Source: a virus
Taxonomy: Duplodnaviria; Heunggongvirae; Uroviricota; Caudoviricetes
Strand: one strand, 5' to 3'
DNA length: 64,000 nt
IMG/VR virus record: IMGVR_UViG_3300037510_000134
Each line of letters starts with the position of its first letter. Within the stretch, counting starts at the first letter, position 1. Below the pieces are notes generated by a model, which was not told where the DNA came from, searched no databases, and saw only the letters and a list, made by a program, of their open reading frames with translations. Shown piece by piece: positions 18,389 to 27,192 of this stretch. A program made the position numbers and the translations under genes.

Positions 18389-19387
18389 CTAGAAGGTACA
18401 AGGCCCTTCACAAGTCGTACAATGTTGTGGCCATTGAAGATTTACAATTTCTGACTTAGTTACATCTATAATAGTTAGTTGATTTTCATCAACCGGCGTT
18501 TCTTCCTCATCACACATACACCCGCCACAGCCACATGTACAATAACCACATTCATCACATTCGTCTGAGTCATAGTAATCTTCTTCATCGTCAAAAGTGT
18601 CATCTACATCTAATGCATCAGTAATCTCATTCTCAATGATTTCTAATACTGTATATCTACAGGCTCGTAGCTTTTGCCCCCCGGCGTCTGATGGAACGCT
18701 TACTACATCCCGAGGATCTACTAGTACCTTTAGAATAGCACCATTACGACCCCACCATTGAGCGTATTCCCATGTACCAATATGTAGACCATAAGAACAA
18801 GTTTGATCTGGATCGAATGTTACATCTGCACGGGGCATTTCGATAACAAAACCAACGTTATTAGGCACCTTGCCATTAACTAGTTCACCATTAACGATTG
18901 CCTTACCGCTATGTACAGAGTGAAATCCACCATTACCATCAGACTCTACGCCCTTATAACCGATGATCTTACCATCTTCAGTAATTGTAAAGTCGTGACT
19001 GTTCAACCAACTGTAAAGCTGTGTAACTGATTCTTGATTCGGATTTGTTGCTAGCCGTTCATAGAACTTTACCAGTGGAACAAAATCTCTATCTTCTTCT
19101 AAGAATCTGACAATTTGTCTTGTTAGGACAGTATCTACTTCGTCACCATCAAAGTATACTCTACTCCCGGCCACGCGGACTCGCTCCGATAGTGATTCAA
19201 ACTTTCTAGCAACTACCCTAGACATATCAAATAGATCTACTACTGATTCATCATCATCCTCTAGACCTGTGACAATCGCCTGCCAATTTGGATGGTCACT
19301 TGTTGCAGTATACATTACATTGTTGTGAAATAGGGTAACGTTTCCGGTACCATCTTCACGGTCAAATCTTGAGTATTGTAAACTCAT
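18389..19387 (-). CDS. rIIB: rIIB-like protein
   Basis: Central/C-terminal region (FTITEDGKIIGYKGV ... DPDQTCSYGLHIGT ... LKVLVDPRDVVSVPSD ... KLRACRYTVLE) matches T4 rIIB motifs (IEITEDGYFYAWKVV ... DDTQTCSRGLHVCS ... VKVKVHPRDVVSIPID ... KMRTCQYEVVE); extra Cys/acid-rich C-terminal tail. Confidence 0.75.
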   Translation of the reverse strand: MSLQYSRFDREDGTGNVTLFHNNVMYTATSDHPNWQAIVTGLEDDDESVVDLFDMSRVVARKFESLSERVRVAGSRVYFDGDEVDTVLTRQIVRFLEEDRDFVPLVKFYERLATNPNQESVTQLYSWLNSHDFTITEDGKIIGYKGVESDGNGGFHSVHSGKAIVNGELVNGKVPNNVGFVIEMPRADVTFDPDQTCSYGLHIGTWEYAQWWGRNGAILKVLVDPRDVVSVPSDAGGQKLRACRYTVLEIIENEITDALDVDDTFDDEEDYYDSDECDECGYCTCGCGGCMCDEEETPVDENQLTIIDVTKSEIVNLQWPQHCTTCEGPCTF

Positions 19388-21342
19388 TTTACTCCTTCAT
19401 TTTCAACTTTCCAAGCCTGATATGATGCATTGAGATACAGGTAGACATGATCCCAATATCTTTCATTTACATTGTAAGGTGCGTTCATGATCAAGTTGCT
19501 ACACAATGGATATCTTTCATAAACCCACTTAGTTTTTGCCTTCCGCTCCAACTTCTCATTTAGATTAGAAGTCACCCTCCAAGACAACCTTAGCATATCT
19601 TCCCATTTCGCCTGCAAAACAACGATTTCATCGTTTTTACTGCTTGATTCTATCAGAGCGCTGAACTCTGGGTCAACAACTCGACCACTGTCTAATTGTG
19701 CAAATTTAGATCGCTCATAAGTATCAGATGAAATGAGTATTTTGTCTTCATCAGTTAGGTTTGCGACATAGTTATCAATATAGTCTGCAAAGGCTTTTCT
19801 TAAGGGAATTGCAGCTGGGTAGAGCCTATTGAATTTCTTGATTCTATTCCCGCCGACAAAAGCAAATTGTACGTCTCCAAACCACTTATTTAAATTGCTT
19901 AGAACTTCGGTGATCTCACGCCACTCTGCTTTTGTTGAATACCAGATAGGCTTTGTCTTATCTAGTTTTTCTACTTTAGAAAACTTATTGTTGTAGTAGA
20001 TTTCATAAGTTGGTTTGTCTGACTTTTGCGTTACTCCAGTCCTAGGAAGTTTGATAGCAAGGATGTCAGACCATGACACTTGAGTAGCCCCATCTAACCA
20101 ACCGTCTCCGGGCACTTCGTCACAGAAATAAAAAGTCTCGTACTTTCCATTTTGATCAGCCCAGTGACTTAATTTCTGCTTCTGATAAGAGGTTATCTTT
20201 TCTGCTTGGAAATCTTTGACTAGAGTATATTTTTCAAATGTTTCAATATTTACTTGCTTGATGCCCCAGTTACCATGACTTTTATGAAAGAAACTTTGTC
20301 CATGAGTCCATTTACCATCCAGATCTACATATATATTTAGAGCATTCCCTCTATATGTAAAGTCGATGGGAATAATTGTTAAATTATGACTACTTAGAGT
20401 TTTCTTCCACTTTTCAAAAATTTTAGCAACTTGGAACTTATTGTCTTCAGCATCTATTTCTGCTTGAACGCACTTAAGAATGTTTTCCTTATATTCATCA
20501 CGTAGTTTGCTTAAAGCATTCTTGGTTTTTTGTGTATAGTGAAGATATTCTCTAGAAGGAGTAAAGCTTACTTCACCGATGTCAACATATGCAATGAACC
20601 CTGGCGGTAATTCAACTTGACCGCTGTCAATTTCATATGGTACGCCACCCATTACAACATATGATTTATCGTAATAGCTGAGATTCTGTTTCAAGTAAAT
20701 CTTATCGGTTACCTTTTGCATTTCTGGACGACGTGGTGGCTTACCATCAACAAGTACTTCTTCTTCTGACCAAAACTGGAAGAACTCTCTACACTTTCTC
20801 GCAAAGTCATTGTTCTTACTAACAGGTACAATGATTTCTACACCATTTGGTTCATCTGTCTTGGTTTCAGATAGAATAGACATTTGGCCGCCGCCGTTTT
20901 CAGAACGCTCCACTACTACATTAATCTTAATTCCATCTTTAACTGAGACAATATTGAACCCATCACAATATGTAAGACCAGCCTTACAACCTACACCAAG
21001 CATACCAACTTGTTCGTTAGTTTCTCTTTTGGTACTCGCACCGTACTTACTATAGATATTGTATATATCATCCTTTGAAAGTCCAATACCATAATCCTTA
21101 ACCTTAAAGGTGTAAGATAGATAGTTTGGAGTAGAAATTTCAATAGGTCTATTCTGTCCTGCTTGAATATGTGAATCTCTTGCATTTGTAGAGTATTCAC
21201 GAATAACAGCTAACTCTTTATCTGAATAAAGGTTAATTAACACATCCGCTAGGAAGTCAAGGGAATTCTCGTCGAAAGTCATCTTGACTTCTTCACCAGT
21301 AAGGCTTCCTGATCTTTTAAATTCTGTTTCGTTAGGTAACAT
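19384..21342 (-). CDS. rIIA: rIIA-like protein with N-terminal GHKL (Bergerat-fold) ATPase
   Basis: N-box REYSTNARDSH, G1 box KDYGIGLS and G2 box GMLGVGCKAG in the positions where T4 rIIA has RELITNMIDAH / RDFGPGMS / GGFGLGSKS; translationally coupled to the rIIB-like gene. Confidence 0.8.
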   Translation of the reverse strand: MLPNETEFKRSGSLTGEEVKMTFDENSLDFLADVLINLYSDKELAVIREYSTNARDSHIQAGQNRPIEISTPNYLSYTFKVKDYGIGLSKDDIYNIYSKYGASTKRETNEQVGMLGVGCKAGLTYCDGFNIVSVKDGIKINVVVERSENGGGQMSILSETKTDEPNGVEIIVPVSKNNDFARKCREFFQFWSEEEVLVDGKPPRRPEMQKVTDKIYLKQNLSYYDKSYVVMGGVPYEIDSGQVELPPGFIAYVDIGEVSFTPSREYLHYTQKTKNALSKLRDEYKENILKCVQAEIDAEDNKFQVAKIFEKWKKTLSSHNLTIIPIDFTYRGNALNIYVDLDGKWTHGQSFFHKSHGNWGIKQVNIETFEKYTLVKDFQAEKITSYQKQKLSHWADQNGKYETFYFCDEVPGDGWLDGATQVSWSDILAIKLPRTGVTQKSDKPTYEIYYNNKFSKVEKLDKTKPIWYSTKAEWREITEVLSNLNKWFGDVQFAFVGGNRIKKFNRLYPAAIPLRKAFADYIDNYVANLTDEDKILISSDTYERSKFAQLDSGRVVDPEFSALIESSSKNDEIVVLQAKWEDMLRLSWRVTSNLNEKLERKAKTKWVYERYPLCSNLIMNAPYNVNERYWDHVYLYLNASYQAWKVENEGVK

Positions 21343-21357
21343 GCGTCTCTTTCGTAT

Positions 21358-21567
21358 TTATAATACTTGCCCCTTACGAGCCACCAAAAGTTCTGTGTCG
21401 GGATGGCATAGGAGTCCATACTGACTATCAAAGGAGATAGTGATCACATCATCCATCAGCCAGTATGTTTCTTTTACCTTTCCGCCTTGTTCATTAGGCG
21501 AAAAGACTACGTCATCGGGCATTACATCTTTAGCTTTCATCTTTATCTCCAACAGCAGCCACAGCAA
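21358..21567 (-). CDS. hypothetical protein (69 aa)
   Basis: ORF track. Confidence 0.3.
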   Translation of the reverse strand: MLWLLLEIKMKAKDVMPDDVVFSPNEQGGKVKETYWLMDDVITISFDSQYGLLCHPDTELLVARKGQVL

Positions 21568-21797
21568 CCATGTATTCCATCATCATTATTTCTTAATGAA
21601 TCCGGGCATGGGTGGCCTACATTATGTACACAAATATGTTCAAATATGCCCCGATCATTACGCCAGAGCAATGGTTTGTCGGCTAGGCTGTGTGCAGAAT
21701 GAGCATGAATAGTGCATGGCATATTACAATCTTCTCTACTGTGTACATTATAGAGATTATGTCCAAAATCGTCAGTAAATTCTTCTTTATCTGTCAT
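21543..21797 (-). CDS. His/Cys-rich putative metal-binding protein (84 aa)
   Basis: 11 His and 8 Cys in 84 aa, including CCGCCW terminus. Confidence 0.35.
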   Translation of the reverse strand: MTDKEEFTDDFGHNLYNVHSREDCNMPCTIHAHSAHSLADKPLLWRNDRGIFEHICVHNVGHPCPDSLRNNDDGIHGCCGCCWR

Positions 21798-22007
21798 TGA
21801 ATTACCTTACATGCATTTGCCTGAATGATTTTTAAGTCTTACACATAAACTACCAACTTTACTGCCCGGTACTGGCTTATTACATAATTCGCGGGGCTTA
21901 GGTGGTTCCTTAGACATCAGTCTAACAGCTCCATTATCTCTTCAATAGCTCCATCCCTGATTTTCTTTTGAATTTCAGGGTCGAACAATTCATGTAATTC
22001 GTACTTG

Positions 22008-22244
22008 TTATCTTCCATAATGTTTACTACACTTCTCGCAGCTTCTAATATGCTTATTTCCCATACTATTTACAGCATTACTTAATCTGTCCTTTGTATT
22101 GAATTCTTTATTAGTTGGAGCTTCTGTATGCTGCTCGATTTCTGTTCCACAGAACATTTGCGTTTTAACAGTTATAAACAATATATTGCTATCTCGCAAT
22201 ACTGGATGTTTCAATTTACTTAAATTTGGCCATTGTTTAGCCAC
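22008..22244 (-). CDS. hypothetical protein (78 aa)
   Basis: ORF track. Confidence 0.3.
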   Translation of the reverse strand: MAKQWPNLSKLKHPVLRDSNILFITVKTQMFCGTEIEQHTEAPTNKEFNTKDRLSNAVNSMGNKHIRSCEKCSKHYGR

Positions 22245-22273
22245 ACTTCTTCACACCTATCTTTAATTTTTTG

Positions 22274-22347
22274 TACGCCGTGTAGGATTTGAACCTACGA
22301 CCCGCAACTTAAGAGGATGCTGCTCTGCCAAACTGAGCTAACGGCGC
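22274..22347 (-). tRNA. tRNA-Lys (anticodon CTT)
   Basis: Acceptor GCGCCGT/ACGGCGT; D-arm GCTC-AGTTTGGCA-GAGC; anticodon loop CTCTTAA (one U-U mismatch in stem); T-arm GTAGG-TTCAAAT-CCTAC. Confidence 0.65.
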
Positions 22348-22355
22348 ATCTTACT

Positions 22356-22547
22356 CTAATCTAAGTTTTTGGTCCCGTAATTCTTACAATTTCTATCATG
22401 TCCAAGATATGTCTCTCCAATAGCATGAACATCAGAGTTACAGCTTCTACACTTGCCAATTCTTTTTCTCATTTTATACCCTTTTTCCGCTTCCCGGACA
22501 TGGTTGTCCTTTGTCAAAATCAAAGTGATCGTAAAGATAAAAATCAT
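22356..22547 (-). CDS. small zinc-ribbon protein
   Basis: CRSCNSD...CKNYG Cys pairs; a second 45-aa zinc-ribbon mini-ORF (MGKTHKCKYCGKP...) lies immediately upstream at about 22485-22620. Confidence 0.3.
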   Translation of the reverse strand: MIFIFTITLILTKDNHVREAEKGYKMRKRIGKCRSCNSDVHAIGETYLGHDRNCKNYGTKNLD

Positions 22548-22637
22548 CTTCCTTTTGATCTACAGGTATTGGCTTTCCACAGTATTTGCATTTATGAGTT
22601 TTACCCATCGCACCTCCTCTTGTCTTCTGTCATATAG

Positions 22638-22709
22638 TGCGTCGGACAGGATTCGAACCTGCGTCTGGGGATTAAAAGTCCCTAGCTAAACCATCTCAGC
22701 TACCGACAC
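22638..22709 (-). tRNA. tRNA-Lys (anticodon TTT)
   Basis: Acceptor GTGTCGG/CCGACGC; D-arm GCTG-AGATGGTT-TAGC; anticodon loop CTTTTAA; T-arm GCAGG-TTCGAAT-CCTGT. Confidence 0.7.
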
Positions 22710-22811
22710 TGGGCTGATGCCTCATATCCGGAGACATCAGCAAAAGACTATAAATTAGTCACTTGGTTTACTATATACTAACACGTTTAAGAAAAGAAGT
22801 CATTCTAAGGT

Positions 22812-22876
22812 TGAAATGTTTTGCCGCTAAACTACGAGGACATGTATTGGAGTCCTCGGGCAGATTCGAACTGCCG
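22812..22876 (-). ncRNA. tRNA-like half element E1: T-arm, acceptor 3' strand, CCA-containing linker, acceptor 5' strand, D-arm
   Basis: Minus-sense reads GGCAG-TTCGAAT-CTGCC CGAGGAC T CCAATACAT GTCCTCG TA GTTT-AGCGGCAA-AAC; canonical T-arm but the acceptor strands are joined by a 10-nt loop and no canonical anticodon arm follows. Confidence 0.4.
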
Positions 22877-22954
22877 TATTTCAATAATTGCTTCTAATCA
22901 GTTGATTTAGCACATAGCGTATGTATTACTAAGTCTAGAGCGATAATCTAAATC

Positions 22955-23026
22955 TAATATGCGCTGCCTCTGCCAATTGGGCTAGGTGGTCATGTAGTGA
23001 CCACCGCAAGATTCGAACTTGCACTT
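22955..23026 (-). ncRNA. tRNA-like half element E0 (same architecture as E1)
   Basis: Minus-sense reads GCAAG-TTCGAAT-CTTGC GGTGGTC A CTACAT GACCACC TA GCCC-AATTGGCA-GAGGC; D-arm nearly identical to that of the tRNA at 24841..24915. Confidence 0.4.
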
Positions 23027-23187
23027 TAACGACTTTTTAGACTGAATATCAATCTAAACTTTGCTCTACAGTACAGTCGTAGAGCCACCGGCGCTCAAAC
23101 CGGAAACTTATGTGGCGGATCACAGTTCTTAACACTCTTTTTGCGCCTCCCAGACGTGATCTCTTACCTAGTGTTAGACCATTACAC

Positions 23188-23919
23188 TTAACTAAACAGG
23201 TATCTGAAGATTGGTCCTGCTGCATCTTCGTCAGTTACTTCATATTGATTTGCTTCTTCGCGGGCAAACTTAACAGCTTGAATTAGCTTGTCAACGCGCT
23301 CTAGCAATTCATTTCTACGTGTAACTGGAATAGCGCCAGAAGTATCAACCTTTGTCCACGTACCTACAATTACATCCTCATGGAAGATTTCAACTTGCGC
23401 CGGGTGCTTATCAGTTGCTTCTGCCTTTACCCAGTTGCGAGGAACCTTCTTAGTACGAACCGTCTGTACTGGAGTTGTCTTGTAGATATCATTGTTCCCA
23501 TCATACACCCACTCAGACGCTTGGTCAAGGGTTGGAAGCTTGGTAATGAAAGTACGTAGATCTACTAGTTGCTTCTCAAGAAATAGTAGATAGGGAACAG
23601 GGACATCAGTAAGTAATGTTTGACCATCTACCTTCAGGTCCGCGCTTGCATGCGCATTTGAATATTCCTTAATAGCTGTAACGTTAAATAGCTTTGTAAG
23701 GGCATCTTCTGCTTCGTTTAGCAGATCCGGCACAGTTACCTGCACCTTTGTACTTTCTGATGGTAACTGGTCCCCTTCTTCATCCTTTGGCTTGTAGGTA
23801 CGATTAATACCACTAAAAAGAGCTGATTTTTGCGCCTTGTGATAAAGTGCTGTAATTGCATCGCGGGCCTTTGACTTTACGCCCTGTTCTACAGCTACAA
23901 TTTGATTAAGCTTTGTCAT
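23188..23919 (-). CDS. hypothetical protein (243 aa)
   Basis: ORF track; no motif recognised. Confidence 0.4.
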   Translation of the reverse strand: MTKLNQIVAVEQGVKSKARDAITALYHKAQKSALFSGINRTYKPKDEEGDQLPSESTKVQVTVPDLLNEAEDALTKLFNVTAIKEYSNAHASADLKVDGQTLLTDVPVPYLLFLEKQLVDLRTFITKLPTLDQASEWVYDGNNDIYKTTPVQTVRTKKVPRNWVKAEATDKHPAQVEIFHEDVIVGTWTKVDTSGAIPVTRRNELLERVDKLIQAVKFAREEANQYEVTDEDAAGPIFRYLFS

Positions 23920-24112
23920 TTTTACTCCTACTGATTAAATACGCCTTTTACAAATGAAACTAATGAAACAAGACCATCTTCAATCTTGAACCACAAAAAG
24001 TGAACAAAATCTGCTGCTCCACCTGGATCAATTACGGCCCAGATTAAAATAGCAATACCTAATCCAACGGCCAGTTTCTTTATTCTATCCATCATAGTAC
24101 TTTAGCACACCC

Positions 24113-24346
24113 TTAAAGTACGAACAATTCTGCCATTGTTCCGTAGAAATTGTATACTTTTGCATTATCCTTTGAGTCTACATAAAAGATATCAACCTCT
24201 GTTGATTCATACCAACAGGTTTCACAGTATCCGCCGGATACTACCTTTTCATTCACACCTGTTACTAGTTTAACATCACGATTGCATTCTCTTCGTAGAT
24301 ACTCTGCAAGAAATTCTTTAAATCTTTTTTCTACTTCTGCATCCAT
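24113..24346 (-). CDS. hypothetical protein (77 aa)
   Basis: ORF track. Confidence 0.3.
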   Translation of the reverse strand: MDAEVEKRFKEFLAEYLRRECNRDVKLVTGVNEKVVSGGYCETCWYESTEVDIFYVDSKDNAKVYNFYGTMAELFVL

Positions 24347-24521
24347 TAATTTAACTTCCTAGTTCCATAGTTAGTGCAATTTTGGTCATGCCCAATATAT
24401 TTCTCCCTGGTAACTACATAAATTTTATTACCACAAGTGTTACATTTACCTATACAGCTCCTGTATTTACTTACCATAATAGCACCTTAATATTGTTTGT
24501 ACCGCTGAGAGGAATTGAACC

Positions 24522-24839
24522 TTAGTCCTTCAGATATTTAGGGCATTCATTAACGGCTCCATGACTAACATGACTTACTGCAAAGTCATAAATATCTTCT
24601 ACGCCGATAATGTTCATTGGTAATGAAGGGTCTATGTGGTCAATCCTGACCTTTCGTCTAAGGCTATAATCCACTACAACACTTCTTGTCCCTAAACTAC
24701 TTCCAGTTCCAATTCTAACATCGTGAAACGTATATTGTGGTTCTGCGAGTTCACTTCTACCATTGATAATGTCCAAAAGCAATTTTTCTCTGTGCTTAAA
24801 CTCTTCTATTTGAGCTTTTAATTCTTCAATATTTTCCAT
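24522..24839 (-). CDS. hypothetical protein (about 105 aa, start reassigned to ATG at 24839)
   Basis: The ORF-track start at 24851 is a GTG that overlaps the tRNA at 24841..24915; the first ATG is at 24837-24839. Confidence 0.35.
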   Translation of the reverse strand: MENIEELKAQIEEFKHREKLLLDIINGRSELAEPQYTFHDVRIGTGSSLGTRSVVVDYSLRRKVRIDHIDPSLPMNIIGVEDIYDFAVSHVSHGAVNECPKYLKD

Positions 24840-24840
24840 G

Positions 24841-24915
24841 TACTTCCGCACAGATTCGAACTGTGAACCTCTTCCTTCTAAGGGAAGCGCCTCTTGCCAA
24901 TTGGGCTACGGAAGC
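24841..24915 (-). tRNA. tRNA with anticodon TAG (Leu codon CUA), class-I length
   Basis: Acceptor GCTTCCG/CGGAAGT, discriminator A; anticodon stem CTTCC/GGAAG with loop CTTAGAA; T-arm CACAG-TTCGAAT-CTGTG; 5-nt variable loop; 5' end overlaps the stop of the HNH ORF by about 10 nt. Confidence 0.55.
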
Positions 24916-25403
24916 TTATTTTTCCAACTTCTATTTGTTGGCTCTTGTGAATGACAGTTAGGGCACATAAATCTGAGATTATCTATTAGATTGTTTAGCC
25001 ATTCTCCATCTATATGGTCTACTTCTAGTGTTATTTCTTTGCCATTCCATTCACTGCCAAGTCCGCACCGTTCACATTTGTATTCCCTATCTGACTCTAT
25101 CAGAGCCCTGCGAAGTCGGAATGCTTGAATACGCCTTGATCCTTCCGGCAAAAATACTAGTATATCTTCCGCATTAAGCTTATTTCTAGATGGTTTATCT
25201 TTCTGCCAACTTTGTCCCGTGAAATGAGAGAAGTCTATTTCATATTTAATCAATCGACTCTTGACATGACTTTGTGTTCCCCCGGCCTGTTTCAGTCCCA
25301 AGTATCTGAGCACACCTGATATTGAATAACTATTATCTACTGCTTCTTGCAGTAGTTCTTTTGTATATTTTATACTGGTAGACATGCAGTAAGTATACCA
25401 CAT
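24906..25403 (-). CDS. HNH homing endonuclease
   Basis: CERCG ... VDHIDGEWLNNLIDNLRFMCPNCH HNH motif. Confidence 0.65.
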   Translation of the reverse strand: MWYTYCMSTSIKYTKELLQEAVDNSYSISGVLRYLGLKQAGGTQSHVKSRLIKYEIDFSHFTGQSWQKDKPSRNKLNAEDILVFLPEGSRRIQAFRLRRALIESDREYKCERCGLGSEWNGKEITLEVDHIDGEWLNNLIDNLRFMCPNCHSQEPTNRSWKNKLP

Positions 25404-25553
25404 GCCTTTACCAGACGCAAGTATAAATAACCGCAGACCTTCACATGTCGCGCTCTTGGTCTGGACAAGCCGCTAAGCAAGCCCTTCACGTACCCTCATA
25501 CGGATCTTACCCGACATGTGGCTCCGAATTACTAATACGCTTCACGGTTATTG

Positions 25554-25627
25554 TACCCCCACTAGGATTCGAACCTAGGCATATCCGACGTTCGTAGCGT
25601 CGTGCTCTTCCGCTGAGCTATGAGGGC
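25554..25627 (-). tRNA. tRNA-Arg (anticodon ACG)
   Basis: Acceptor GCCCTCA/TGGGGGT; D-arm GCTC-AGCGGAA-GAGC; anticodon stem CGACG/CGTCG with loop CTACGAA; T-arm CTAGG-TTCGAAT-CCTAG. Confidence 0.7.
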
Positions 25628-26055
25628 ATTACTTTATGCCTCTAGGTGTTCCGCTGTTTGGACAAGTATATTTACCACTCTTAGTTTCCCAAGAATGCTT
25701 TTTCCAAACTAACTCACCATTTTTAGATACTATGTCTACTCTCGTTAAACATCCCGGACATACTTTACTTTTTACGATTTCTGACAATGTCTAATCTCTC
25801 CGTTCCATAATTCTCACACAATTTACTATGACCAAGATATTTACCTGTAGATGTACCTCTGTATATAATGTTAGCACACCCTAAACATCTACCTAGTCTA
25901 TCTGCTGCCATTATTTATCCTTCCCCTTGGATTTCTTCTGTTTCTTTACTTCACAGCTACGTTCATGAGCATCTCTAACAGCCTCACTATCAAACTTTTT
26001 GCCACAGCCAGGATTTAAGCAATAATAAACACCCATTATCTCTCCCTTTTGATAG

Positions 26056-26127
26056 AGCCTCCACCAGGACTCGAACCCGGCACTCACGATTACAAGTCGT
26101 GTGCTTTACCTGATAAGCTATGAAGGC
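26056..26127 (-). tRNA. tRNA-Thr (anticodon TGT)
   Basis: Acceptor GCCTTCA/TGGAGGC; D-arm GCTT-ATCAGGTA-AAGC; anticodon stem CACGA/TCGTG with loop CTTGTAA; T-arm CCGGG-TTCGAGT-CCTGG. Confidence 0.75.
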
Positions 26128-26270
26128 AAATAGGAAGAGAATAAGTTCTTATAGCTGTCGTGGTACAACCCTCTATAAGCTTTTATTCTTCCGGGAGAAC
26201 CTTGACCACGCCCTTATTTCTCCCGTTGCGTAACTTCCATCCGCGATGTGCTACCAGTCTAGCACACAGA

Positions 26271-26489
26271 TCAATCTAGGTCAACCCGTCGCCAGGCTGG
26301 TAAGTCGCCTTCTTCTACCCAGACCTCAAATTCTTGATAATTTTTTGATAACCAATTATTTGCTTCTGTGATGGTTTTGATCGCCGCTTGAACAGTTTCA
26401 GCATTATCATAAATCCACGGGTCGGACTTTGTATAGCCTTGACCATTAACTGTATATACTACTCTGTATTGCTTCATCTTTCCGCCCAA
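26271..26489 (-). CDS. hypothetical protein (72 aa)
   Basis: ORF track. Confidence 0.3.
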   Translation of the reverse strand: MGGKMKQYRVVYTVNGQGYTKSDPWIYDNAETVQAAIKTITEANNWLSKNYQEFEVWVEEGDLPAWRRVDLD

Positions 26490-26869
26490 TATACAAATCT
26501 CTGTTCAAATTGATAATTGTTAAAGAAATCTCTACCTTGGATATTAGAAGGCCAAACAACAATATTAGGGAAGAGCTGCTTAACTTCCTTTGCTATTTGG
26601 TTTCCATATCCTTTGCGCCTAGCGCTATGTCTAGTATAGAAATATGCACCATATAAATCTTTACTAAGATCGTATGGAAATACTAGTGCCCATGACAATA
26701 ATACACCGTCATCTTCTACTAGCATTACTGCTGTGCCATTAATATGACTACGACACGTGACAAGCTTTTTACGCATCAGCCCTTGATTACCAAGATTTAA
26801 ATTATAGCAAGATTTATATTCAGTCTGAGATAGCTCGTTTATCGTCCTTGTGATTAATTTCAAATCCAC
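26474..26869 (-). CDS. GNAT-family N-acetyltransferase
   Basis: ARRKGYGNQIA matches the GNAT motif A (R/Q-x-x-G-x-G/A) acetyl-CoA binding loop. Confidence 0.5.
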   Translation of the reverse strand: MDLKLITRTINELSQTEYKSCYNLNLGNQGLMRKKLVTCRSHINGTAVMLVEDDGVLLSWALVFPYDLSKDLYGAYFYTRHSARRKGYGNQIAKEVKQLFPNIVVWPSNIQGRDFFNNYQFEQRFVYWAER

Positions 26870-27192
26870 TCCGGTTCGTCACAATGCACCGCCCTGTCAT
26901 CTACATAAGCTTTATATAAAGGCTTACCGCATTGAATTTCTTTAAATGGAATATCCCAATAATTCAACCAGTATTCAATTGCTTCATAATCAGTCCAGGG
27001 TCTTGAGGTATGTATGACCACCTTATATCCTTTTTCTACGGAAGACTTTAACTTTTCTACATTCTCCCAAATTGGATCACCTATTTCAGAAGTAGGATTA
27101 TCCGCTCTCCAAATAGGTTTGGCGATACAGCCATCAAGGTCTACACCAATCCAAATTAGATCATCTCTTGGTTTTGGAGGGTTGTAACTCAT
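26860..27192 (-). CDS. small HAD-like phosphatase-fold protein
   Basis: GVDLDGCI (DxDG motif I), HTSR and KAYVDDR resemble HAD motifs I-III; 110 aa. Confidence 0.4.
   Translation of the reverse strand: MSYNPPKPRDDLIWIGVDLDGCIAKPIWRADNPTSEIGDPIWENVEKLKSSVEKGYKVVIHTSRPWTDYEAIEYWLNYWDIPFKEIQCGKPLYKAYVDDRAVHCDEPEWI

Noticed and set aside
20810-21055. Plus-strand 81-aa ORF inside the rIIA gene, and similar antisense ORFs inside dnaE, TerL, tail fibre and Pnkp
   Set aside because: Fully embedded antisense in well-supported long genes; low-complexity translations.
24495-24560. tRNA-like T-loop (GGTTCAATTCC on the minus strand) near 24506-24521
   Set aside because: The T-stem pairs poorly (3 bp) and the rest of the candidate would lie inside the C-terminal coding region of ORF 24522..24851; no acceptor stem could be built.
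25404-25553. 150-nt non-coding gap with several ACATGT palindromes, resembling the TACATG linkers of the permuted tRNA-like elements
   Set aside because: ACATG is short enough to occur about 60 times per strand by chance in 64 kb; no T-arm or acceptor stem could be folded here.
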